A stretch of 32,000 bases of DNA, taken from the NCBI RefSeq assembly GCF_014280175.1, contig NZ_CP047931.1, positions 1,380,001 through 1,412,000 on the forward strand, written 5' to 3'. Position numbers and translations under genes: made by a program. Numbering within the stretch: the first letter of the stretch is position 1; each line of letters starts with the position of its first letter. Positions 1 to 7,838 of this stretch are shown one piece after another. Below the pieces are notes generated by a model, which did not search any database, was not told the DNA's origin, and saw nothing but the letters and a program-made list of their open reading frames with translations. This DNA is from Synechococcus sp. A15-28 (lineage in GTDB: Bacteria > Cyanobacteriota > Cyanobacteriia > PCC-6307 > Cyanobiaceae).

Positions 1-67
1 TGGATCAAAACTGTGTCTTTGGGTCACAACAGCCGCTTAGAGCACTATCCCTAGTGCTTCAGGGCAC

Positions 68-97
68 AAAAAAACCCGGTGTGACTCGCACAACGGG
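68..97 (-). terminator. Rho-independent terminator candidate (minus strand)
   Basis: Minus strand reads CCCGTTGTG-CGAGT-CACACCGGG then TTTTTTT; 8 of 9 stem positions pair. Confidence 0.55.
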
Positions 98-289
98 CTG
101 GGTGATGGGGGAAACCTAAATATGGCCTAACCACCTAGTACTGACCAGCCCCACATATGGTGTCAACAAGCGCAGCTCAGATCTGCACCACACAATTGAG
201 GAACCGTCCTGTTTTGGCACAAATGAGTCCAACGAGGTTAGTTTTGTCGAGTCCGGCCGGGTGATGGGGATCAGCCGAATGGATTAAAG

Positions 290-319
290 ACCTCGGGGAT
301 CTCTCCGGGGTTTCTTTTT
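290..319 (+). terminator. Rho-independent terminator candidate
   Basis: acctcgggg-atct-ctccggggt stem (9 positions incl. G-T pairs) followed by ttcttttt. Confidence 0.6.
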
Positions 320-383
320 GTCCGCCTCGTCGCCGATGTAGATCCAGGCAGCACCCTCCAGGGCCTAACGGCTCCAAGGGAGG

Positions 384-718
384 GGGGCTACTGAGGCCGC
401 GAGAAGAACGCTGTCCTTCCCGAGCGATACGACCATCTGCACAACCAAGTTCGCAGCGCTACTGAGCTTCTCGGCGAACGCACCAAGTCTTTTCAAGATT
501 CCATTGCACAGAACAGTGTCTCCCACGATCGCTCTCGCAGGAGACAGGGGTTCTGCCAGCTTCGGATCGCTCTCCCGAGGCCGTCGCGTGTGGATGAACT
601 CCACATGTCCGCACAGAGCAAATATGGAGCCAAGCAGCGTGTTTGGCAACACGTCTTTTGGTCATTTTTGGATTCCAGGAAACGTTAGTGAAGGCTTGTG
701 AATCAGGTATAAGACAAC
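384..718 (+). repeat. Direct repeat element copy A (non-coding, structured)
   Basis: Long near-identical stretches shared with 6783-7126 (e.g. ggagacaggggttctgccagc, gaggccgtcgcgtgtggatgaactcc, agcaaatatggagcc, gtcttttggtcattttt). Confidence 0.85.
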
Positions 719-772
719 ACTGAAAGCTGGAAGTTCACCCTTTTACTTCAGCTCTGTGGTCTTAACCGTCGA

Positions 773-988
773 TCATGTTTGACGTTCCAGACTCAGCAGA
801 CTGCGCCTGGCTTGAGCGTCCTCTTGCTTTGCCTCTTCAGCTTCGGCGCGTAGAAAACGCTTTCTTTGAGCGGATTCATAGCCACTCAGGTCTGGCTGCT
901 TCTCCTCGGCTGGTTTGGGCTTTGGCTTAAGAACTGGCTTGGGCTTATCCAAACCCATCAAAAGTGGGTGGATTCCTCTACGACTCAT
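773..988 (-). CDS. Small hypothetical protein, KP-rich linker plus charged helix (SAQRKRFLRAE motif)
   Basis: ORF MSRRGIHPLLMGLDKPKP...SGYESAQRKRFLRAEAEEAKQEDAQARR; motif recurs in the 7839-7991 ORF. Confidence 0.5.
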   Translation of the reverse strand: MSRRGIHPLLMGLDKPKPVLKPKPKPAEEKQPDLSGYESAQRKRFLRAEAEEAKQEDAQARRSLLSLERQT

Positions 989-1117
989 TTGTTTGATTTG
1001 TTACGCGGTTATCGCGACGTGATCTTCCCGACCCAATCGCATGAATAGATCATGTTGGATCAAAATTTTATTCGTGGTATTGATGAAGACATTTGAAGAC
1101 AACTGTCGACGGCTTAG

Positions 1118-1234
1118 CGCCTAGGGCGGGGTTAATGGCTTCGCTGTGCTCTCTGGTGCTGGTCCACCACTTTTTTGGAGGATCTTGAACGCCTCGGATC
1201 TATCTGAGAGGCGTGTAACCCTTCTCTCGGTCAT
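1118..1234 (-). CDS. Possible 38-aa small protein
   Basis: MTERRVTRLSDRSEAFKILQKSGGPAPESTAKPLTPP*, read from the sequence; below ORF-track cutoff. Confidence 0.22.
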
Positions 1235-1344
1235 CTAGGTCGAGTCGGATAAGACTCTCCGCTCGCCGTAGCCACTTCTGTCTTGATGGACCTGGCGACC
1301 CAAGTCAAAACCCTCTAAAAAACATTTACAGGTTCGGTGTAGCA

Positions 1345-1518
1345 ATGGCTCTTCCCAAGTGGGACACCATGACTGACGAGAGTCAGGCCATGGTCAAGAA
1401 GGTCGGCCTCATCGGTGGTGGAGGCCTCCTCCTGCTTGCCTTCAGCAAGATGCTTTTACCTCTGACCCTGCTCGGCGGAGGTGGCTACGTCGCCTGGCGT
1501 GCCCTCAACAAGAAGTAG
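1345..1518 (+). CDS. Small membrane protein (57 aa)
   Basis: MALPKWDTMTDESQAMVKKVGLIGGGGLLLLAFSKMLLPLTLLGGGGYVAWRALNKK*; Gly-rich hydrophobic segments. Confidence 0.6.
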   Translation: MALPKWDTMTDESQAMVKKVGLIGGGGLLLLAFSKMLLPLTLLGGGGYVAWRALNKK

Positions 1519-1523
1519 GCGGC

Positions 1524-1670
1524 GTGGAAGACAGCACCAATAAGGCCAGACGAAGACTTCTCATCTGGGCCATCAGCATCAATGTCGTCGCTTGGGGCGG
1601 CTACTTCTATCTGACCAAGGTCATGGGATTCGACTACGAGCTGATGAGGCAGGCCAGGCTGGACGGTTAA
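1524..1670 (+). CDS. Small single-TM protein (48 aa), GTG start
   Basis: VEDSTNKARRRLLIWAISINVVAWGGYFYLTKVMGFDYELMRQARLDG*, 5 nt after the previous ORF. Confidence 0.5.
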   Translation: MEDSTNKARRRLLIWAISINVVAWGGYFYLTKVMGFDYELMRQARLDG

Positions 1671-1771
1671 GGAGCTAGAGCACGTCGGGCCTTAGCTGAT
1701 TACCTGTTAAGGGGTTTGAGAGGAGATCAGCAGCTGCCAGGCCTTCTCCTTTGCTGGGGGTTGATTTCGGA

Positions 1772-1819
1772 AACGCCCCTGATGGATTCGAACCATCGAC
1801 CGACTGCTTAGAAGGCAGA
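1772..1819 (-). tRNA. Truncated tRNA-Arg(TCT)-like 3' fragment (no 5' half)
   Basis: Minus strand CTGC-CTTCTAA-GCAG, variable CGGTC, T-arm GATGG-TTCGAAT-CCATC, then AGGGGCG; no CGCCCCT acceptor half or D-arm upstream. Confidence 0.75.
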
Positions 1820-2073
1820 CGCGCTGTCAGTAGTGCCAGTGCTTATGAGGCACTTTTTCATGCTTGCACGGAACATTTATCTCAGACCTGCCCGTAGTTC
1901 TCGGTAGTTGAACAAAGCCACCTGCCTGCACAAGCATGTGTGCACTTGTTTCCATAGTCCTGAGAGTCAATTGCACCAGCTGATTTCGGGCGTGGTTTGA
2001 GCAGGTGCCGCTGCGGGCTTGAGCAGACCCATCAAGCCGTCATACATTGGTACTCATGTACTGGTATTGAGTT

Positions 2074-2322
2074 ATGGGTTCAGAGGGCTTCCTCCAAGAT
2101 CCATCGTCCAAGGAAACCAAGCGTTTCCATCGGGACGAGAAGAGCTGGCTCAGAGACCCGAAGGTCTTTGTCGACACAGGGATACCGATACCGGGAGAAC
2201 CACCACTCCTCAAGACAAGCGTGCACCTACGTAGGGACGCTGCAGAGCAGCTCTGGAAGGAGTTGCATCGCGTTGGCTGGCAGCAGGTGGAGCCTTGTTG
2301 GGGAGCTTCTGCTGAGCCGTAA
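2074..2322 (+). CDS. DUF1651-like small protein
   Basis: LKTSVHLRRDAAEQLWKELHRVGWQQVEPCWG resembles the DUF1651 family of marine picocyanobacteria as recalled. Confidence 0.6.
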   Translation: MGSEGFLQDPSSKETKRFHRDEKSWLRDPKVFVDTGIPIPGEPPLLKTSVHLRRDAAEQLWKELHRVGWQQVEPCWGASAEP

Positions 2323-2461
2323 AGCGAAGGGGGTATGGGGTCAATCAGCGTCTTGTATAAACGTAATGACTTCTCAGAAATATTTTTTAAAAATTGTTGA
2401 GAAAGCCAATACAATAAAATAGTAATAAAGATTCGACTCTGGAGTCAAAGCTCTAAAAACC

Positions 2462-2602
2462 ATGGCTCAACTCTATCTAGTCGCTTTCAAAGAAAACAAT
2501 AACGGCACCGAACCTGAAGAAAATTACGCACTGCGTGAGCTACTAGATGAGCACTGCAGCTACTGCATACCAGCAGGCAAGACCGAAGTATTCGGTCCTT
2601 AG
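2462..2602 (+). CDS. Small hypothetical protein (46 aa)
   Basis: MAQLYLVAFKENNNGTEPEENYALRELLDEHCSYCIPAGKTEVFGP*. Confidence 0.4.
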   Translation: MAQLYLVAFKENNNGTEPEENYALRELLDEHCSYCIPAGKTEVFGP

Positions 2603-2617
2603 ACACCAAAGCAAAAG

Positions 2618-2983
2618 TTGGCTGAAATCTGCTGGCTCACTCAAGAGATCGAGTACTACAGCAACGATTACTGGGAACCAACTGATGCTGCGTCTCAGCT
2701 GACTGTGAAGTGGGGGTGCAGCAGGCGAACGAGTCTGCGTGACCTAGAAATCGCTCAGAGTGAACTAGCGAACGCCTTGGACTCGGTTGAGCTTCAGCAG
2801 ATGGTGGGTTGGTTGGCAACGCAGTATCAACGCCTGGCGGCCAAGGCTGAACGCGATGGTCAGCACGCCTCAGCTGTTGGTGCGTTGAACGCATTGCGAG
2901 CAATGGTTGTGCAGCCACAACTGGATGCGCAGTTTGCTGCTCACTTCCGTGGACGCTTCACGCACCAAACGCACTGCAGGTAA
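2618..2983 (+). CDS. Hypothetical helical protein with possible N-terminal HTH
   Basis: TTG-start ORF; WGCSRRTSLRDLEIAQSELANALDSVELQQMVGWLATQYQRLAAKAERDGQHASAVGALNALRAM. Confidence 0.45.
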   Translation: MAEICWLTQEIEYYSNDYWEPTDAASQLTVKWGCSRRTSLRDLEIAQSELANALDSVELQQMVGWLATQYQRLAAKAERDGQHASAVGALNALRAMVVQPQLDAQFAAHFRGRFTHQTHCR

Positions 2984-3020
2984 ACATCGGTTTAAAATAA
3001 TAAGTCAATGGGATGAGGGA

Positions 3021-3236
3021 GTGGAGATTAAATCCTTTCTGATTATTGTTGGCGCGATAATCACTGTTGCATGTCCAGTAGCTAAAGCTGCTGAAGAAGA
3101 TGACCAACAAAAGCAAGAACCAAAAATATATGAAAGATGTGTGCTGGCCGCTTCTGAAAAGAATACAAAGTGGACTCAGTACAGAGTCGACGTCAATAAC
3201 TGCAGAGCTGAATTCGGTATACCAGATGAGTACTAA
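3021..3236 (+). CDS. Small secreted protein (signal peptide)
   Basis: VEIKSFLIIVGAIITVACPVAKAAEEDDQQ...; hydrophobic N-terminus with A-x-A-like cleavage site. Confidence 0.5.
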   Translation: MEIKSFLIIVGAIITVACPVAKAAEEDDQQKQEPKIYERCVLAASEKNTKWTQYRVDVNNCRAEFGIPDEY

Positions 3237-3278
3237 TTTATTGGTTTCATTCGGTGAGTTGCCACGAAAAATATGACG

Positions 3279-3548
3279 CTAACTATTTTTTGCATGGAAT
3301 TGATGTTTTTCCTCAGAGGGAATCCAGCCGGCATCTGCCAATGGATCACCTGAGCTTTGCTCTAGCTGCTCAAGATGATCAGTCGAAGGCAACATGGCCA
3401 AGCGCCACTCCAGCTCCTGCAGGTATTTTTTGCATTGGTCAGCGCGTTGTTGATCACCAACACTGGTGAAATATTCAATTCGAACTTTCTCCCAGAGAAC
3501 TGCATACCCATAGTCGGACATGCTTCTGAGCCGTACTCGAGAGCCCAT
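3279..3548 (-). CDS. Hypothetical protein
   Basis: ORF VRIEYFTSVGDQQRADQCKKYLQELEWRLAMLPSTDHLEQLEQ; preferred over the antisense ORF 3254-3469 on composition. Confidence 0.4.
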   Translation of the reverse strand: MGSRVRLRSMSDYGYAVLWEKVRIEYFTSVGDQQRADQCKKYLQELEWRLAMLPSTDHLEQLEQSSGDPLADAGWIPSEEKHQFHAKNS

Positions 3549-3822
3549 TGAGATAAATTAGTGGTTTTTGACCCTAGTTATCGGAGAACCGCTGCAAAAT
3601 GCTTTTTGTCACAAAACATTTTCGTACTATCCGTACTGAGATTAAACAGAGCACTCCTGTAACAAACGATACTACGCAAAAAGACTGCACTGTCTGAAGC
3701 TAGCCACGATTATTCCAATTAGTTTCCAATGCTCATACGTGTAGTAGTTTGATGAGTATAGATACCTGTTGCTATTCAGCTATTTTAAGGGGCAGAACGT
3801 AAACAGCGATATCCAGCCAATG

Positions 3823-4002
3823 GCGAAGCGCCGTTTCTTAGACAACCGTCCGCTGACCGACGAGCAGGGACTGACTGCGCTGATCGTGATGGGCGTTGGC
3901 TTGACCACCGGAGCCATCTTTACGACTTGCTTTTTGGCACTGAGCTCGTCTCCTGCTGCGATGTGGCACGAGCTATGGCTCTCAGGGCAACTCAACTTTT
4001 GA
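3823..4002 (+). CDS. Small membrane protein
   Basis: MAKRRFLDNRPLTDEQGLTALIVMGVGLTTGAIFTTCFLALSSSPAAMWHELWLSGQLNF*; internal start of ORF 3769-4002. Confidence 0.5.
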   Translation, partial: AKRRFLDNRPLTDEQGLTALIVMGVGLTTGAIFTTCFLALSSSPAAMWHELWLSGQLNF

Positions 4003-4145
4003 GCGTCTGCAGCTATAGCTCAGAAGGCTGTCGTCGATTGATTAGTGGATGCTAAGGCGTGAGCACGAGAATGGCTGGTGCCCGGAGGTGGCTTGATGTG
4101 AGAAGGATGGTTGATCGACGCCAACGACTATTAGGTGTGGCGGTT

Positions 4146-4316
4146 CTAAAGGGATGAATCTGCTTGGGTCAGTAATCCAAAGGTTTTCGCCGACTGGCTC
4201 GCCTGTGCACTGCTCAGGGCATCATCAGCAGGGTTTGGTGGATAACCAGAAGCAATCCAACGTCTGCTGACCTGATTGGACGCCCAAAGAGCGATCAAGC
4301 ACCAAAAAAGGGGCAC
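4146..4316 (-). CDS. Small membrane/secreted protein (56 aa), GTG start
   Basis: VPLFWCLIALWASNQVSRRWIASGYPPNPADDALSSAQASQSAKTFGLLTQADSSL*, read from the sequence; absent from ORF track. Confidence 0.4.
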   Translation of the reverse strand: MPLFWCLIALWASNQVSRRWIASGYPPNPADDALSSAQASQSAKTFGLLTQADSSL

Positions 4317-4634
4317 CGAAACACCCCTGAATTCCGATTTGGGTCTGTTAATCCGTTACCAGGACCTCGCTACTTCTAACCAGATCCACAAAACGGAGCG
4401 TATGACTGGAGTTTAGAGATACAGACAATCCAGAACAACGTGGTTATGGTCCTGAAAACACCATCCCCTGCATCCACGAGGCAAAGTCATATGTAAGAGA
4501 AAATCAAACTTGAATACCAGGCAGACATCCTCTTCTATAAATGTGCCTCTGTTGGGGAGGACTGGGAGGAAGAGTGATCTTTGAAACATTTTCTTTTTGC
4601 TATGGATGATATGATCGTTATCATTTAATCGATT

Positions 4635-4937
4635 ATGTCGTTTCTGACTTCTGTTCGGACAATAGTGAAGGAGGGCGAGGTCGAAAAGTATGTCGAGGCA
4701 GTTCGCGCGTGGGAAGCACCTACAGATATGAATGGGTATTTTGCCCAAACAGGTGAACGATCCTTTGTCTTCACGGGGGTCTTCAAGGAAAAGGAGTCTC
4801 TTGTGGCGGCAAGACCTCAGATGATTGCTCATCTGGATTCTGTAAGAGACCTTCTTGAAGAGATCTCTGCTGATCTTGGTGTTACGGATCCTGTTTCCGG
4901 TCCAGTACTTGTCGAAAAACTGAACTGGTGCACCTGA
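4635..4937 (+). CDS. Small protein, possibly ABM/dimeric alpha-beta barrel-like
   Basis: MSFLTSVRTIVKEGEVEKYVEAVRAWEAPTDMNGYFAQTGERSFVFTGVFKEKESLVAARP; antisense ORF 4413-4832 rejected. Confidence 0.55.
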   Translation: MSFLTSVRTIVKEGEVEKYVEAVRAWEAPTDMNGYFAQTGERSFVFTGVFKEKESLVAARPQMIAHLDSVRDLLEEISADLGVTDPVSGPVLVEKLNWCT

Positions 4938-4980
4938 ATCAGTGCAACGTCGTTATGCCTTGGGAAAGAGAAGATTGGGA

Positions 4981-5073
4981 ATGAACGGAAAACTACTGGT
5001 CATCGGAATTGTCTTCTTCTTCCTTCTCATCTTTATGTATGAGTCTTGGATGATGCGAGGTCTTCCTCACTGA
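4981..5073 (+). CDS. 30-aa single-TM micro-protein
   Basis: MNGKLLVIGIVFFFLLIFMYESWMMRGLPH*. Confidence 0.4.
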   Translation: MNGKLLVIGIVFFFLLIFMYESWMMRGLPH

Positions 5074-5102
5074 TTAGACCTTCACCCTTTAATTACTTGT
5101 CA

Positions 5103-5276
5103 GTGCATATTAAAAACAAGTGGATTAGGTCTGCTCTATTCGCATCATCAGGTCTGATGCTTGCGATTGGCATCACCAAAACGGGAGACCAGGCAAGTGC
5201 CCTGATAGTGATAACCGGAGGATTAATATCTCTCGCCGCCCTAGTGAGTCGAGTTCCCGATCAAGAGCAAGAATGA
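5103..5276 (+). CDS. Small two-TM protein (within ORF 5046-5276)
   Basis: VHIKNKWIRSALFASSGLMLAIGITKTGDQASALIVITGGLISLAALVSRVPDQEQE*; ATGA overlap with next ORF. Start uncertain. Confidence 0.5.
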   Translation: MHIKNKWIRSALFASSGLMLAIGITKTGDQASALIVITGGLISLAALVSRVPDQEQE

Positions 5277-5587
5277 AAAACGTCTTGGTCGCCATTCCCT
5301 TACTCTTGATTGCTAGTCCTTCGATGACGAGACCTCTAGCCCCCGATTCGTGTGCTTCTTACGCACAATCATTTCACAGCGTTGTGGATCAGATCAAAAG
5401 ATTTAATGGCATGGCATTGACTTACCCAGGAGTCGAGGCAGAGCGCAATCGATTAAGATTTTATAACCAGATGAATAAGAAATTAGCACCCTTAATATCT
5501 TGTCTAGAAGATCACGAAAGCGAGATTTTGAAATATTACCAACAGGTTAAAGGCATGACAGATACTCAGATCAATAGTTTTCAATGA
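5273..5587 (+). CDS. Small secreted protein
   Basis: MKNVLVAIPLLLIASPSMTRPLAPDSCASYAQSFHSV...; signal-peptide-like N-terminus. Confidence 0.55.
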   Translation: MKNVLVAIPLLLIASPSMTRPLAPDSCASYAQSFHSVVDQIKRFNGMALTYPGVEAERNRLRFYNQMNKKLAPLISCLEDHESEILKYYQQVKGMTDTQINSFQ

Positions 5588-5765
5588 AAATAGATGACGA
5601 TCTTTTTCAAGCACGGCAACCAGATTATGCCGCTGTGAATATCAATCCCTCCCAATAGGTATCACTAGGAACCATTCTTCATTATTTCTTTAGTAAAAGT
5701 CCTTTCGTAGTGGGGACTTTTATGGTTTTCAACCTCTTAGGTTCGATGCCCCAAAACCTACGTCC

Positions 5766-5978
5766 ATGTCCCCCACTGACCTCTCATCGCTCAAGTGGGG
5801 CGACGACGGCGAATTGTCTTCTCAAGACACCTGGAACCTGGTCAACCGACTCACCAAGGTGGAGGATGAGACCAAGGCATCAAACCTGCTGCACCTCTCC
5901 TCAAAGCACTCTCATGGGGAGCACCGCAAGAAGCGGAGCACTCTGGAGTTTGCGCTTCCAACAGTGGCCGGTTGTTGA
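5766..5978 (+). CDS. Small hypothetical protein
   Basis: MSPTDLSSLKWGDDGELSSQDTWNLVNRLTKVEDETKASNLLHL. Confidence 0.35.
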   Translation: MSPTDLSSLKWGDDGELSSQDTWNLVNRLTKVEDETKASNLLHLSSKHSHGEHRKKRSTLEFALPTVAGC

Positions 5979-6014
5979 GGAGCCGGTCCCGCCTTAATCA
6001 CAAACAGGCGACAG

Positions 6015-6248
6015 ATGAACCGCGACTACATCGACTGGCTTACTTCAATGCTAAATAACCGTGGTGTCTGGGATCGGCAGATCAACGTCTGGATGTCGGG
6101 CTATGCGCCGCTACCCGAAGAGATCGACTTACAGCACTGCAAGGAAATGCAGCAGCGGTGTGTGGTGCGGGACTGCCCTGACGGCGTGCTGGGAATGTTA
6201 TGGCGGTGCCAGGAACCCAAAGGTTCCAACGTTGTTTCAGGTGGCTGA
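6015..6248 (+). CDS. Small hypothetical protein
   Basis: MNRDYIDWLTSMLNNRGVWDRQINVWMSGYAPLPEEIDLQHCKEMQQRCVVRDCPDGVLG; core re-occurs at 8110-8212. Confidence 0.45.
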   Translation: MNRDYIDWLTSMLNNRGVWDRQINVWMSGYAPLPEEIDLQHCKEMQQRCVVRDCPDGVLGMLWRCQEPKGSNVVSGG

Positions 6249-6398
6249 CGTCGATACCGGCACCATCAACTGGATCAACGCTGACCTGGTGACCCACATC
6301 TGTCCAAGGGTCTGATCGACACCGCTATTGGGGTAACCAGCACGACATCGCTTTTGCGCTTGTCAGGCCAAGGTCGCGGGGAATTTAAGTGCTCTCTT

Positions 6399-6698
6399 AT
6401 GGCCCGCTTCTTGATCCATTGGTGCGCTCCAGATCCCACCAACGAGAAGTACACGCAGGCGATCGTTGACTACATCAAAGGCGGAAAGCCTATGGATGAG
6501 TACGCGGGCTTCAAGGTGTTGGCACGTCAGATCCACCCTCACCTCGGTGGTGGCTGTCTTTTGGTAGAGGCCGACAACCTCGTAACAGTCCAGAAACACA
6601 CTTACCCCTGGACCAAGGGTCTCGGCGTTACCGCGACGATTACTCCTGGTCTCAGCGATGAGGAGTATGTCGAGCTTGAAGAGAGCATGAGCAGCTGA
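6399..6698 (+). CDS. DUF3303-like protein
   Basis: MARFLIHWCAPDPTNEKYTQAIVDYIKGGKPMDEYAGFKVLARQIHPHLGGGCLLVEADNLVTVQKHTYPWTKGLGVTATITPGLSDEEYVE matches the DUF3303 pattern. Confidence 0.65.
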   Translation: MARFLIHWCAPDPTNEKYTQAIVDYIKGGKPMDEYAGFKVLARQIHPHLGGGCLLVEADNLVTVQKHTYPWTKGLGVTATITPGLSDEEYVELEESMSS

Positions 6699-6782
6699 CC
6701 TCGTGACTCACATTTGTCCGAGGGTCTGACAGCCCCTTCTATCGGCTGGGCTGACTCTCTGCAGCCTTACCGAAGCAATGAT

Positions 6783-7126
6783 GTGGGGCGGCGGAACCGC
6801 GAGGAGAACGCTGTTCTCCCCGAGCGATGCGGTGTCTGCATTCACAAGCTCGTACTGATGTAGAGCTGTGCATCAAATGCACTAACTCTTTTCAGGTTTA
6901 TGGCACAGAACGTTGTCTCCCGCGATCGCTCACGTAGGAGACAGGGGTTCTGCCAGCTCTCGGATCGCTCTTCCGAGGCCGTCGCGTGTGGATGAACTCC
7001 CCATGTCCGCGCAAAGCAAATATGGAGCCGATCCGCGTGTTCGGCAACAGTCTTTTGGTCATTTTTTGATTCCAGAAAATCTCCCATGAAGCCCTATGAA
7101 TCTGGTATGGGAGGACACAGACAACA
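6783..7126 (+). repeat. Direct repeat element copy B (non-coding, structured)
   Basis: Diverged copy of 384-718 in the same orientation; conserved hairpins in the same order. Confidence 0.85.
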
Positions 7127-7321
7127 GGACGCTCATCCTGCAAGTCACCCTTCACGACTGACTTCTCATAAGGTCTGATGATTTGGGTTATCAGCTGTGC
7201 CCAGCCGACAAGCCTAAATCACCATGGGCGTTCCACCCTCGATTTGTTCCATGACTGATCTGTTGGCACGGATCTGATCCTGGTGTTTCTTGTCGATCAC
7301 GCCCTGGCTTGAGACGAAAAA

Positions 7322-7498
7322 TTAGGCACCGGTTTGATTTTCGGAACTTGCAAGTTCCATCTGCAATATCTCTATTTTTCGCAAAATAGGTCCACAATGC
7401 TCGCAGGCGTAAGGATCTGGAGGTAGAAATACATCTCGATAGAGCATCGATCGGTAGATCTCGATCTGCTCAATTAGGAAATTGCAATAGGAACTCAC
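7322..7498 (-). CDS. Small CxxC protein (58 aa), GTG start
   Basis: VSSYCNFLIEQIEIYRSMLYRDVFLPPDPYACEHCGPILRKIEILQMELASSENQTGA*; AGGAG upstream of GTG; absent from ORF track. Confidence 0.5.
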   Translation of the reverse strand: MSSYCNFLIEQIEIYRSMLYRDVFLPPDPYACEHCGPILRKIEILQMELASSENQTGA

Positions 7499-7516
7499 AA
7501 CACACTCCTAATCGTA

Positions 7517-7744
7517 CTAAGCGTAATGCCGAGAAGGTCTGGCAAAACGCAGTTCACGTTCCTCCATCTGACGCTGAATACTCATCAGACGGTGATAAGC
7601 CGACTTACAACGTGGGCATTCACAAGGAATGCCACATTCTTCAAGCTGACGAAAGGCAATCATTGCTTGCTTATGCTCTTGAAGCGAATATTCAGCCACC
7701 GCAAGTAAGGCGGAGAACAAATGAATAATGCACAAAAGCTGCAA
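7517..7744 (-). CDS. Small CxCxxC protein
   Basis: ...EHKQAMIAFRQLEECGIPCECPRCKSAYHRLMSIQRQMEERELR; 18 nt upstream of the 7322-7498 ORF, same strand. Confidence 0.5.
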   Translation of the reverse strand: MQLLCIIHLFSALLAVAEYSLQEHKQAMIAFRQLEECGIPCECPRCKSAYHRLMSIQRQMEERELRFARPSRHYA

Positions 7745-7838
7745 ATTTTTCTGTACCAGACAGCCAATGTCCTGAATTCAACAATTCAAACTGTGTGCTT
7801 TGTCACACAGCGATCACGTCGGGCGGACCAACCAAGGC

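Noticed and set aside
365-665. Minus-strand ORFs over repeat copy A
   Set aside because: The two repeat copies do not preserve a common reading frame; identity fits a non-coding element better.
1997-2422. 141-aa plus-strand ORF
   Set aside because: Overlaps the DUF1651-like ORF 2074-2322 in another frame; Ser/Arg-rich composition.
4413-4832. 139-aa minus-strand ORF
   Set aside because: Antisense to the more protein-like ORF 4635-4937; Cys/His/Arg-rich composition typical of a shadow frame.
7191-7397. 68-aa minus ORF
   Set aside because: Out of frame with the better-supported CxxC ORF 7322-7498. A 28-aa ORF at 7214-7300 (VIDKKHQDQIRANRSVMEQIEGGTPMVI) is possible but too short to support.
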